Assembly: GCA_000934665.2 (NCBI GenBank)
Contig: KZ537980.1
Location: 124,001 to 184,410 of the forward strand
Source of the DNA: Catajapyx aquilonaris
Taxonomy: Eukaryota
Reading direction: 5' to 3'
Length of the DNA: 60,410 bases
Both the position numbers and the translations under genes were made by a program. The notes below the pieces were generated by a model, which did not search any database, was not told the DNA's origin, and saw only the letters and a program-made list of their open reading frames with translations. Below, in pieces: positions 1 through 12,570 of this stretch (positions are counted from its first letter, which is position 1; every line of letters begins with the position of its first letter).

Positions 1-280
1 AGATCCCCGATGCTCTTTGTGGTCTTGAAAATGGAGCATGAGGCCATAATTTTATTTTAAAAAACCTTTTATGCAAAAGTGCGTTTACACCAGTCGACTT
101 CTAACACGAAATAAAAGTAACCACCTAGCAGAACTACGGTACTTTAGGACAGTCATTATTATCATAATATTTTAAAATGCAAGAAAATGTTTCAAAATTC
201 AGCCTTATGTGCAGAGTAAATCAGCAAGTGCATTTGACTAATTAACTATCTTCATTTAAACACCACCTGTATAGACTCAC

Positions 281-1261
281 CTCTGTAGGTATGCCTCCCA
301 AAATAACGGTGACCATGACGAGCGTGACAATTTGCACACAAATGTAAACCACATTTGCCCACTTGTCGAACGTGCCTGAATTCGCCGCAGCACTGAAGGC
401 GTAGTAATACAGCGTGGAAATAATATTCGAGAGAAAAGCTGCATAACGAACTGTTACGACGTATCCATAAATCTTTCCTATTTCTCCCGTCACTTCGTAC
501 AGCTCGACAAAAGTTTTGCACGCTGATTTCAGCTCTTTCTCCCATCCTAATTTCTCTCCGTGTCGAGACAAAATGTGCCGGTGTAGTGCACGTACCCTTG
601 AGTTCACCTCACGGAAATGTGCTTTTAAAGCCAGTGCAAAGAAGACCACTTGCATCATTGGTATGTTGATAATCAGGCTGCTATGGACAATCAAAAGCAC
701 CAACGAAACATCGCCCATGTTAATATCCGCGACTGCAGCTATTTCGGTGTAAGTGCCTGTCCAAGATGCAAATGCGACGCAGGTCAAAAGGACAGCACAT
801 GCCACTAATACGCAAGAATATTTACGCAACTTCCGGTTCGTACTTTCAACCGACAATAAACCAGGTTCAATATTGCAAAACCGGTGTATGAGCTTGGGTA
901 CAACCCGTGACTTCGGTTGCATCAGTATGAAGGTAACAATGGGAAACAGGAGCTCTGCTGCATACATAACAGCCTCATTGCAAAGGGTCGTGCTGTCAGC
1001 GTCGTCGTACAATAAGCCCCTCCATTCTTCGGGCAGTGACACGAAGCAGCATATTACGAAGTAGGAAATAATGACAAGTGTGACAACAGCAGAGGGCCAA
1101 CGGCGACAGTGTTTGTCAAATGGTCGTCTAGAATCTGGATCTGAAGTGTACGGCGCCATTCCTCCCGCAATGGACAAGAAAGACACTGGCCTGTATGCCC
1201 ATGCAATAGACATGTCTTGTACGCTCCAAGCTTTTCTACAGCTCGTAACCGCACCTTCCAT
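281..1261 (-). CDS. Gustatory receptor-like 7TM chemoreceptor, long first exon; 3' exons not identified and probably continue past the left edge
   Basis: Multi-TM ORF with insect Gr-like motifs (AYRPVSFLSIAGGMAPY; FFALALKAHFREVNSRV; LYEVTGEIGKIYGY). It ends at a phase-0 donor GAG|GTGAGT at 281/280 after the sixth hydrophobic segment, which is the typical Gr exon layout. The start ATG is uncertain (1261, or the MSIAW ATG). Confidence 0.65.
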
Positions 1262-2259
1262 GGTCAACTCGACCTGTCCACCACACTGAGGCAAAAATTA
1301 CTGCATGATTTCGTGCAAAACGATGTAAAATTGCGCAGGGCATGAAAGACTCGCTTGTTATCTTGAAGAAAACATCTCCAGTACAGACCATGAAAAGCAA
1401 ATTGACAATTTCGTGTGTACAAAGCGAATGAGGTGGTCGTCTTTTACGCCTGCCCGCATCTCATCGGCTCTTGAATGGTCAGTAATTTGGCAGGTATCAA
1501 ATATTCAATTCATCGCAGGCGGCCACAGGTGTAATACATGCCACGTGAATTTTTAAAATGTCATTGATTTATCGAAATGAGGATCACGTGGGTTTATCGC
1601 TTTTATCATTTAGGTAGGGCTTAGTATTTATAATTTATGCTGGGATTCACTGTCCAATGCTGCAATTAAAAATAGTCTCTCAGATGAAAAATGTGTGCAC
1701 CGTTTTATTCACACTGCAAGATCAAAGAGAACATATGACAAGACAGGCAATGGTACAAGCAAAGGAGGAAACAATACTTGAGAAACTTGAAAAATGATTA
1801 CAAAAACTTGCCAATGGTGGTCTGAAGAGACAACTGAAATATGATCAGCTCAGTCAGCTTTGCTGTAGCTCGTAGTATGATTGTGAGTGAAAATCACAGC
1901 TTTGAGGACAGTTTAAGGAACAACTATTCACCTGAATGTATTAGAATCATGCTTGTTATATATTTATTGTGATATAAAACATCAAATTCTCTCCTAACAA
2001 TGTTTTCAAGAGTGTATTCCACAGGTAAAAACTCTAAAAGAGAAGCAGACAAAACAACCTGTGTTAAAACTGAACAGTTTTAAAACATGTTGGTTTTTTT
2101 CCCCACTTAGAAATGAATTTGAACCCAGATACCCCATGAGTATATAAATGCTGTTTGGTATATTATTATGTTACACACAAAAAAAAAAACACTCACACAA
2201 AGCTTGGAATAAAATCGTTACATTGGATATATTTTTTAAACACTTCAACCCAAAATTAA

Positions 2260-5200
2260 CTAAGCCATTATGGCCTGCTGCAAGGCAGAAATGCCCTGGG
2301 CAGCATTTTTATATGGCTTTTTCTGTCTGCCTCCAAGGTCCCACGCAGGGGCCACGAGTGCTCTCGGACCTTCTCTTGCCTGTCCTGGTAGCTTATTCCT
2401 TCTAGCATCTGCCCGCTCCCTCTCAGCTTTTAGGACTGCAGCAGAAGTGTGCAATCCTTTCTTTGCTGCCTGGGCCTTCTTCTCCACACTGTCTGCCACT
2501 GCCTTCCTCTTCTGGCACTTGTCCTCCAGGGCATCAATTCTGGCCATGAGCTCCTTATGTTCTTTTATAGAACGCTTTCGATGGTCATCACCAGTGATCC
2601 AAAACAACCATATTAGAAAGCAGTAGCGGCAAAACACACCAACCTCCTTCATGTGGTAAGATAGCATATGATGTATGGCTAAGGCCACATTAGGCTGCCG
2701 CCAGAATTCAAGCCACACATCCTCCTGGGTCTCTTCGTATTTGGATAGATTAATCAAAATTTCAAGGGCATACTCCAGTGACATAATATCAGCTGGTGAG
2801 CGTAGCAAGCCACGCATAGTGTCAAACAGCAATGGAATCACACTGTTATCTACCAGGGAACGACAGCACCCTGAGAGAAGCCCAGTGCAAGTGGCCATCG
2901 CTTTTAAGGCAGCTCCCAGGTTGGTAACTTCCGACCGATTCATGATCACCCGAAGGGCCCATGCCATTCGATTGCCCAAGCGGTGCGAATCATTAATTTC
3001 ACGGGACACCCGCTGAAGACTGGCACGTACCTCAGAGGCCTCGGGATTACACTTCCGTACCCTATAACCCCGATAGAATGATTGGATAACAGTGGCGGCA
3101 TGGCAAAGCCGCCTGTCCTTCGCCTCCTCCTTTCGCCTCTCCTCTTCCATCTTAGCCTGCCGTACTCTGTATCCCCGAAAGAATGATTGGATGACCGTGG
3201 CAGCATGGCAAAGCTTCTGTTCTTCTTCCTCTCTAAGCCTCCGTTCCTCCTGATCCCTCTTTCTCTGATCTTCCTCTTCGCGAAGCCTCCGTTCCTCCGC
3301 TTCCCTCTTTCTCTGTTCTTCCTCCTCGTGAAGCCTCCGTTCCTCTTCTTCCCTCTTTCTCTGTTCTTCCTCGTCCCTCTTTCTCTGTTCTTCCTCCTCG
3401 TGAAGCCTCCGTTCCTCCTCTTCCCTCTTTCTCTGTTCTTCCTCGTCCCTCTTTCTCTGATCTTCCTCCTCGCGAAGCCTCCGTTTCTCCTCTTCCCTCT
3501 TTCTCTGTTCTTCCTCCTTGCGAAGCCTGCATTCCTCCGCTTCCCTCTTTCTCTGTTCCTCCTCCTCGCGAAGCCTCCGTTTCTCTGCTTCCCTCTTTCT
3601 CTGTTCTTCCTCCTCACGAAGCTGCCTTTCCTCTTCTTCCTTCCTGAGCCGTTCCTCTTCAAGCTTCTTCAGTTCTCTCTCATAGAACTTTCTCTCGAGT
3701 TCCTCATGCAACCTCATCTTCTGTTCTCTCAGTTCTCTAGCCCGCCTTTCCTCTTCCATCTTCCTCTTTTCCTCCTCCTCACGAAGCTTCCTTTCCTCTT
3801 CTTCCTTCCGAAGCTGTTCCTCATGAAGTTTCTTTAGTTCCCTCTCATATAACTTTCTCTTAAGTTCCTCATGTAACCTCCTCTTCAGTTCTTCCAGTTC
3901 TCGAGCTCTTCTTTCCCTTTCTTTCTTCACCCTCTCTTCCTCTTCACGTATCTTTCTTTCCGCCTCCCTCTTCTTTCTCTCCTCTTCCCTTTTCTTCATT
4001 TCCTCTTCACGATGCTTCCTTTCTTCTTCCTCCCTCTTCTTCCTCTCCTCTTCCTCCTGTCGCATTTTCTCTTTTTTCTCCCTCTTAACCCTTTCCTCTT
4101 CTTCTTTCCTCCTAATTGCTTCTTCCCTCCTCTTGGCTGCTAACAATTCCCTCAGTTCCAGCCTCTCCTCTTTAGTCTCTTGCATTTGCCTCCACCACCT
4201 TGTAATTTTCCCAACTGCAGCTTTGGTCTTCAGAAAGGCTAGTCTCCATCTCATACCCAACCACCACCTCTGCAGTTTGGTGGCAGCTGCTTCCATTCTT
4301 GGGCCCTGGTAGCGATGAAGGAGCTGCCAGAGGAGGGATAAGGTCTTTTCCCTGTGTCCATCTACAATGTCACGGGCATCCAAATCCTTCGAAATCTCCA
4401 TCCCGTGACTTCTAAAGGCATTCAGGGCCACTCCAACATTATGGATTTTTTGGCCACGAGACACGGGTGGGACACGGAGGTTTGTTGAGAGTGTCCAGTC
4501 ATTGATTAGGATTTCAGCAATGTGTCTAGGTGAGAAAAAAAACATGAATATGTTAGACTTTGTGGATGAAACATTTACTGTCCTACAAAACTAACATGAT
4601 GATGGTTATTGCATGCACAAAGAGAAAGGCTAACTGTGAGGTGCTTCTCAATACCATCCAAACATCAAATATCATTAAAATCAGATTAGCTGTTGATAAA
4701 TGACAAATGTTACTTCTAGAGAGAAGATATCTGGGTTGCACAATTGCAGGGTTAACACGAAATGCCATGATTACTATCATTTTCAGTTGTCATCCAACAA
4801 TTAATGACATTGTGCAATAATTAACAATGGTAACTCTGAGCAAACCTGTTATGGTGCAACCCAGTCTAACTTGTACAGTCATGCTTCTCCCCACATACTT
4901 GTCCCAGGCAATATTATGGATTGAACAAGGACTTCACAGAACTACAACACTGGCAAATCCTGTGTTCCAATTTAGATATCCATAGTAGTTTAAAACTTTT
5001 TGCACTATCAGCTATCTACAGGGTGGTGCATACGTATGTGTATGATGTTTCACAGGCTGCAGCATTTGAACTACGCATAAAGTATTGGAAGTGGCATGAA
5101 TGTGTGGCCTGAGATTGGGAAAAATGCTGAGCAGCCTCAGAAAACCCCCCATTATTGTGGTAGGGAATGGCAGCGAATCAATTGTCAGAGCAATTGTTGG

Positions 5201-8200
5201 GGCAGCATGTACGTTGTGTGAGTTTATACTACGCAACAAACAATTGAAGACGTCACTTGCCAAAGGCCCAAGTCCCAAAATTTCGAAAAACCGTTTTATA
5301 GTGGATTCCTACTCTTGGAGTCAGGCCTCAGAGCCCTGGTGAAGATGAAGTGCCACAGTCAATCAGAAGTGCTTTAAAATTGAATGTGATGATTATTTTG
5401 CGGTCCATTGCCTACTGCTGGCCTTGGGCCCTTTGGCAACTGACTGGATGTAAATCAGATTCTGATGGGTGTTAATAATAATTAACATAGGATGGAAATA
5501 AAACTGGTTACACCTTTCTTTGTATTACTACTTAACGAATATGATGTGTTGAGATGGACAGGCATGACTATACCACTGAAATTTGAAACATGAAATGTTG
5601 GTGCCGAGTGTCCCCTATAAGGGACACCTGCACAGTTGTTACATTTGAATTTTTTTGCACACGTTCTTCTGCTGCTAAAGAGCTGGCAGTAGTCATGGGG
5701 GCTTCAGTAGAGTCCCAGCTAACGATACAAGTTCAAACCTGCTCAATATTGCTTCAGATTTTTAAGATACAGGTGTTTGAATTTTAACGCAGGAAATAAT
5801 GGCTGCACCTCCACGTTCCGAAGACGATTAGTAATTAATTCTCGAATGTTGATTAGCATTATGAGTTATTTTTTGTTTGTAATACTTAGAAAACTTATGA
5901 ATGATGATGTCGATGTGGAAATATAGGAATATTTTTTACTTTCCTTGTCTGAGAATAGTGTTGAAATCTGGTGTCCCCTCGGGGGAACACAAGAGGCAAG
6001 TGCACCCACTTTTGGACAAGTAATGTATGTGTGCGGATTTTTTACACTTTGTTGAACTGTATTATAATGAATCCATACAATTAAAACGAAATCACATGGC
6101 AACTGATGCAACAATTCTTGATTGTTGTTGATTGTTACTCAATCACCACCCATTGATTCTTTGCACGGCCTGTTTCCATGGTAATGCAATCGACATCAAT
6201 CAATCGTTGGTGATATTATGAAACTATGGATATTGCTGAATGTCACTGTTGCCATGGTAATGTAATCAACAACTGTTATAGCCATACTAGGTTACATTTT
6301 CATGGAATCCCATAATGGGGAAGTAGCCTTCATTTTGGAAACTACATAATAAATTCGCCCATATTTTTTGGATCTTTTTGGCATATTCCGTTTTAAGATA
6401 TCAGTTTCAGTTCCGGAGATATTGGCGTTTTTTCGTAGGCAAATGGTGACGTCACTGTTTGCCTGGAAAATATTGACGTCACGCGAAGTGAAATGAACGC
6501 AAAAATGGTGTTATAGAACGCGCCCCGTCATTGTCGTAAAATGCTTCGCTGTTGTTAGCAACCGTCCCATTCCGTGAGCAAGATAGCGGCCGGGGTGCGT
6601 ATTTATTCCAGGTCGCTCAAGCCGCTTTGTACATGGCAGTGATGCCACCAGGTCGGAATTATCTGTCACCCGAATTCGGCACATGAAGGCCCCCTTTCTC
6701 CACCTCGATGGCCTGCAGCTGCCTTGCGAATGCTTTCCGTCGTGTCCGCGGTTAATTCAAAGTCAAATTCCTCATATCTCGCAGTCAACCAGGCATTTCA
6801 GTGTACCCTTTCGATTGGCACCACCCGGCCGGGGCATTTTTCCCGCCAATTTTGAAGGCACTTTTAAATGTGCCGTAATTTATCCAGTAATGTCATTTTG
6901 ATGCAACAAAGTGATGGAATGTATGTTTACAGGCATGGGCTAGCTAGTTATGAACAAAAATCCCAAATCCCAGACCAAGGCTACTTCCCCATTATAGGGA
7001 ACTGCCATTTTCTCGCAAACAAGCATTCAGAAAAATGCTTTATCTCGATTTTTGTGTTTAGGGAACTAACATGAACTAATAGAAACAAAAAAAGTTCAAA
7101 ATTTCAACAAAACTTTTCCAGACATATCTGGGTTAAGTAGACAGTTCCGTCCTAAGCAAAAAATGCGATCTTAGGATTCATTTTCTCATGGACCATCCAT
7201 GACTCAGTTGTTAAGGATGGCATGTGAGGTCTTGCCCTGGTGGAAAAATCTGGTGTACTTTGAGCCAATACATCACTAATTTTCAGGCAACAGTCTACAC
7301 TACATCATTACTAAATTTGGATCATTTTCAGCCAAGACCTAAATGTGAAGAGCCGCTGATTTTCTTCCAAGCTAAAATTTCAGCATGGCCCAATATGTGA
7401 TAGGGCTCCATCCTTGCATATCACATTTAGGTTGTGGGTGTGTGTGTTCACCCATAATTTTTCAATAAAATGCAAGATCATCAAACACCAACTTCATGAG
7501 ATGAAATGACCCCGACGAGTCATTATGGGTGATATTTATTTCACCTCAGCATCCAGTCCCTGACTAGATATTTTGGGTTCAGATTCGCATCTGTTTCAAA
7601 AGGGAATTGTAGCTCTTGCCCTGCCCAGGTGCATGCCATTCGATTTTACCATAATCAGATGCAGTGGGGAAAAAACCCTCATACCATTTGACAATTTCCC
7701 TAAAATTTTGGAAATGGCAATCCTGTCAGTTGTTTCCTGCATTGTAAGGCATACTCACACTAGGCGCACCCCACAACGAAGGTCCATTCCCAGATTGGTG
7801 ACTGCATACTCAAATTCATCTAGAAATTTTTGTTCGTGAACCAGCTTGTATCCAGTGAAAGACAGTTGTCGGGAAAGGTCACCTCCACCTTTCACTAGGT
7901 CACGAGTGAAAGTAAGCAGCAGATCTCGGCTGGACTGTTAATAAAGAAATGCAGATATTAGCAGGCAATTCCACTCATGAAAATTGCTTTACAGCATGAC
8001 CAGAAAGAGGAAGCAATAATTCCTCTTCACCACTTCATTTCACCATTTCCTTGGCAGCTACTAATATTTCATTGACAACCACACACACTCAGAAATTGCA
8101 TATTGGGCATGGCTGACATCCATTATCATAATCTATGATAAGAAATAATTTTCACAAGCTCCACACACTATTCAAACAATGTGAGAACAGTTATATTGAA

Positions 8201-11126
8201 ATTGTCAGAATTTAATGTAGCACAGTGAAAAATCAGGCTGGCCAACCTAACTGCAGGGAGTCCCAAAAGGAGAGATCTGCCATGCAAAGTTGGTGATACT
8301 AGCCAAACAGTTATGAGCATTAGCCCATATCAGCCCTTCAGAAACAAAATTTCAGACAACATGCACTTGACAGTCAGCTCTTTACCTTGATCGCTGAGGT
8401 CTTCCTAAAGAGACATGGGTCATGTCTGATGAGGTGGCTGGTCTTGGCATGGTCGAGGAAGAAAACAAGCATGAGCACTTTTCGGAATGTGAACTGTTTC
8501 TGTTCCACTTCAAATCCAGGGCCATAGAGATGGGGTACGGTGGGATGGGCATGCTTCTTCCCTAGGGTGGGGTTGTACAGAAGCCTGTTGATAATAAACT
8601 TGGACAAGCCAAGCAAGTCCGAGTTTGACTGAAGAGGGATGATCTCTCCATACACCACTTCCAGTCCTATGCGGAGCCATATGGAGTTGTACGACAGCAG
8701 GGTTGAGAGAACCCCTTGCTTTAGACCTAGAAATACAGAACATGAGGGCATTATGTCTGTTCTGTTAGTTTTCAAACTTAGATGACAAGAGTGATAAAAT
8801 ACACATCTGGAAACCATTCCACTGCATCCCCTTCCTTCTCACCCTGCTTGGCATACCTTTCTCCGACCATTCCTCCAACATCCTTGCCTCACTCTATCAC
8901 CCCAACCCCAGCTGACTTTTGTTACACAAGATGAAAAACTTAAGGTTCGACAACTAAACAAACGAGTTTTTTAAAATTGGGCCTGGCACTGGAATAAAAT
9001 TGAGCTTATCTCTAGGAAAGTGTCCTTGTTAACTGAACAATCATGGGCCTCCTACTTACCAAGATCCTTGTGTAAATCTCGATCACTTCGGATGACATAG
9101 CTCTTATTGTCAATGAGGTGCACAACCTTCTCCAGCACCTTTGCCACCTCCTCAGACTGAAAGGTGCGAATGGCTGCCTGCCTCAGTACATCAAGCCGGC
9201 CTTTCACCTTGTAGGCACTGAGCATCACTGCCTCCTTGCTTGGGGCCGGAATGACATTCTTGCCTTTCATGCATCGCTGCCAGATCTCTACTACATTGTC
9301 AGCTAAGAAGGACATGTGGTTAGAATAGGAGAGTACTAATAGTATAATTTATCACAAAAAAACTCACCTAGAGAACCTGAGTTGTCACAACTGAGTTCCT
9401 CAGGTGGTGTGAGAAGAGCATTAAGCCACTTCAGGAAGTCCGTCTCCTGGCGAGACACCCACTTTTCATCGTAGAACATCGTGCTGGAAGTTTGTAAATT
9501 TTAGCATAAGAAGAATAGCTAAAGAACAAATCCAGTCATCTTACGTCACCAATCAGTGACAGGATGAACAATCACACAATAAAAATAATGATACATGCAG
9601 TTTCAACACACTAATCCAACAACATAACATCATCAGAGCTGCAGAACTTATCTAATGTGCAATAAAATAGCATTGCCACATTCATTAAAATTTAACTACT
9701 CAAATAACATGGGCAAATACTACTCTCGAAAGCCTAAAGTGTTTGAAATACCTGATGGCAAAGGGATCCACAGTGGTTGATGACGCAAATGGGTCCACAC
9801 GACTTGATGTCAGCATAGTCTCAGGATCGTAGAGCTTCACTGGTGGCAGAGGCTGAACACTGTGCAGTGGCTTTACATGATGTGAGAGTGACAGGCGCTG
9901 CTGTCTTGGTGGGCGCTGATATGAGATGCGCCGCTGTGGCGCTGATGATGCAACTGATGTCATGCAGGCCATCTTTCTGCCCTTGGAAGGAGGTGAGATG
10001 GTAAGAAATGACTTCCGCTTTCTTTGGCTGGAAGTGTTTCTTGGTTCTTGTGTAGCAGGTGGCAAATCCCTAGTTAGCAAAAGACGTGGAGGACCCATTG
10101 TGCTGTCAGCGGTCTTGACTTGAGCATCCCGAGCAGCCTCGCTGGCAATACAATCATCATAAGGCCTTTCAAAGATGGTAGAAGCTCTGGAGCGTGGCTT
10201 GTAAGGTGTTTCTGAGGCAATAGTAGATGTTGATCCAAAGCAAGGATAAGGCACTGCTACTCTTAGGGCAGTTGAAGTGAGACGTGAATCAACTGGAGTG
10301 AAATTGAATTCCCGCCTCAAACGTTGGTCAAATGTTGGATGTTCCTCAGTCGGTGTCATTCTGGGAATTACAAACGTCTGGCGGTGCACTGGAGTTCCTT
10401 CAACATCACAAGGTGGCAGATCTGCCTCAATTGGCGACTTCTGGCTAATAGAACAAGTTGCACCTGCCTCCACTTCTGTGGGTAGTGCTTGTGCTACATG
10501 CCCAACAACTGGGGTGAAATCAAACTGATCCAAGTTAAAAGTCCTTGGGTATGGGGAATCATTTTCCTTGTTCCGATCTGATGCAACCAAAAAGGTTGAG
10601 CGACGAGATGGAGTCTCCTCAACATCACAAGGTGGAATTTCGCCCTTTGGACTTACGAAAACTTCATTGACTTCATCCATTTGGTCACTCCTTGCAGGTT
10701 CGATTTGTACGTCACATGGTACACTCCTCGTTGGTGGTTTTGTTTTGATTGTTTCAGACATGCAAGGCAGTGAACCCATTTTTTTCCTTCGAAGAGCCTT
10801 CTTCCTTCCCTGTAAATAGAATACCTTCATTAGGTCATCTGTAATCATGTTAAGCTCATCGGTTTTGCATATGTTATTAGTGGCCCTTGCCAAGACCTAT
10901 TTCTAGTATTCACTTTTCTTGGTATTTGCATGACGGGATCAGCGAACACCAAACATAGGAAAATAATTTCTCGATAATACCCCCGCCTGCAACTCGGAAT
11001 TTTTACATAATGGGATACGGTAGAGTAAATGTGGGTGCATTTGGTGATTTTGTGCAAAATAATTGTGCAAAATAATTGTACCCACATGCCAATGCATCAG
11101 GCGTTCAAAATAGGTCCTGACAGCAT

Positions 11127-11219
<93 letters not shown>

Positions 11220-12298
11220 ATAATAATAATAATAATAATATTAATAATAATTTGTACCCCATGCTAGAGCCATGGGCTCTCTTAGGGGGGGGGTGGGATA
11301 CCACCAGATTTTTTTCTGTCTGGAACTCTTTCTTGCATTTTTACTTTTTCCTTATTGGGGATGGGATAGGGACAGAAGGAAGCGGCTGTGGCCTATAATT
11401 ACGGACACAACCCCGGAATTGTCCTGGTGGGACCATGGAAAACCACAGAAAACCACGGTCAGGGTCGGCGGCCCCTGGGGTTCGAACCCAGGACCTCCCG
11501 ATTAGCAGTCGGATACCATATCCCCTCCGCTACCACTGCTTCGGTTCCTGACAGCATTTAAAAATCACTCAAACATCTGAAGCAACCCTACATAAAATTT
11601 TCTAATAATGTGTCACATTAAAGACATTTTTAAAACATGTACGTAAGACAGTGTTGATCTTGCTATACCTTGGCAGTGCGTGGTTCGACTGCAATTCCAT
11701 GTAGGAAGAACCTGTATCGGGATCCATTCACAACGTTGACATGGACAGATTCCCGAAATTGGACCTCCTTCATTGGAGTCCACGACACTTCGAGTTCCAT
11801 CTTTCCCGAGGCATCGATGTTAAAGCGTTGCTCCATTTGAAATTCATCAGGAACTTTCTCGATGACAACCTTAATTTTAAAAAAGGACCAGGTCAGTTGG
11901 GGGAAAATTAAACGCAAATTATTCCTTACCTCACTAGCATTTTTGGGGCTGAAAATTATAAGCTTCCTAGTGACTTGAGTCCCAACCTTCACCTCTCCAA
12001 AACTAACAGTCGGCTGGGAATTGAACGGAGCCAAAGTCAAAAAGGCAGCTTCACCAACGTCATCTCCCTTTCTAGTCCTCTGCGGTGGCGATATTGTCAC
12101 CTATACATTTAGTGTGTGAAAAGTGACAATAATTAGAACTTGCACTTTCATCACATTGGCACTTGGCATATTTAGAACCATTGTGGGGGGCTATGTACAC
12201 CCCAGGGCAGCTCTCCTCACCTGAAACGCCTTGAGGCTCCTGATCCTAGGCAACTCTGCCTGTGGGTTGGTCACATCCTGGAACAGCCGCTCCTCCAT
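2260..12298 (-). CDS. asp: Abnormal spindle protein (Asp/ASPM orthologue), ~1549 aa, 9 coding exons
   Basis: Exons 12221-12298, 11930-12100, 11669-11869, 9752-10809, 9368-9483, 9060-9302, 8386-8726, 7759-7934 and 2260-4525 are all GT-AG and total 4650 nt in frame. Motifs: ASH-like N-terminus (LTLAPF..VSFGEV), FYDEKWVSRQETDFLKWLNALLTPP, LLSYNSIWLRIGLEVVYGE, CH domain (DLRCGVRL..DIVDGHREKTLSLLWQL), IQ motifs and a C-terminal helical domain (LLRSPAD..ILINLSKY). Confidence 0.93.
3215..4185 (-). repeat. Coding E/R/K-rich tandem repeat region in the last asp exon (24/48-nt units plus a larger duplicated block)
   Basis: Translation shows repeated EEEEQRKREAEERRLR and EEEQRKRD units, plus two copies of ERRAREL..LHEEL.RK.YERELKKL.EE.LRKEEEER.LREEEE. 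The plus strand is pyrimidine-rich with recurrent TTCCCTCTTTCTCTGTTC. Confidence 0.9.
5252..5445. mobile_element. Small MITE-like inverted-repeat element in an asp intron
   Basis: GTCACTTGCCAAAGGCCCAAG (5252) is inverted relative to CTTGGGCCCTTTGGCAACTGAC (ends 5445). Confidence 0.45.
6308..7000. mobile_element. Non-autonomous TIR element in an asp intron
   Basis: TCCCATAATGGGGAAGTAGCCTT on the left and AAGGCTACTTCCCCATTATAGGGA on the right enclose a CpG-rich non-coding core. Confidence 0.55.
11131..11545 (-). mobile_element. tRNA-derived SINE (family A) with (TTA)n microsatellite tail and 16-bp TSD
   Basis: TSD TCCTGACAGCATTTAA at 11115-11130 and 11546-11561. Head ACCGAAGCAG..., B box GGTTCGAACC, central GTGGTTTTCC..TAGGCCACAGCCGCTTCC. 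The tail is the AAT array at ~11131-11250. Confidence 0.88.
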
Positions 12299-12399
12299 GG
12301 CCGGCCCAGACGAAGACGAACGCGGCTGAAGCTGGCTGAAGACGGCCCGTCGAGAGACGAACTCTGCAGAACAGACACAACCGAAACCCGTTCCCAGAT

Positions 12400-12570
12400 T
12401 TGGAACAATAATTCGAACGGGTGACGGTTGGAAGGCGGGAAGGGCCAATCAGGAGGGAGGAAGGAGACCGCGGTGCATCATGGGAGCAGGTCACGTGACG
12501 GGATCAACAAGTCCGTCAGTTGGCCACTTGGCCGCCAGAGGGGTTGTTACCCGCTCTTTTCAAATGCAAC
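12400..12570 (-). promoter_or_regulatory. asp proximal promoter region
   Basis: GC-rich region just upstream of the asp ATG. It has a CCAAT box (~12444), a palindromic E-box GTCACGTGAC (12489-12498 region) and a CHR-like TTTGAA on the minus strand (12559-12564), all typical of cell-cycle genes. Function is inferred. Confidence 0.4.

Noticed and set aside
3215..3640. CRISPR-like repeat array
   Set aside because: The units are tandem coding repeats without unique spacers, in a spliced eukaryotic gene with no cas genes.
3187..3837. 216-aa hydrophobic Phe/Leu/Pro ORF on the plus strand, and alternative-frame ORFs at 2946-3662 and 3233-3532
   Set aside because: These are antisense or frameshifted shadows of the purine-rich asp repeat.
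5386..5444. C/D box snoRNA-like GTGATGA...CTGA
   Set aside because: It is antisense to the host asp intron, short, overlaps a MITE inverted repeat and has no recognisable guide.
10939..11304. Poly-Leu signal/TM-like ORF
   Set aside because: It is the translation of the (AAT)n SINE tail.
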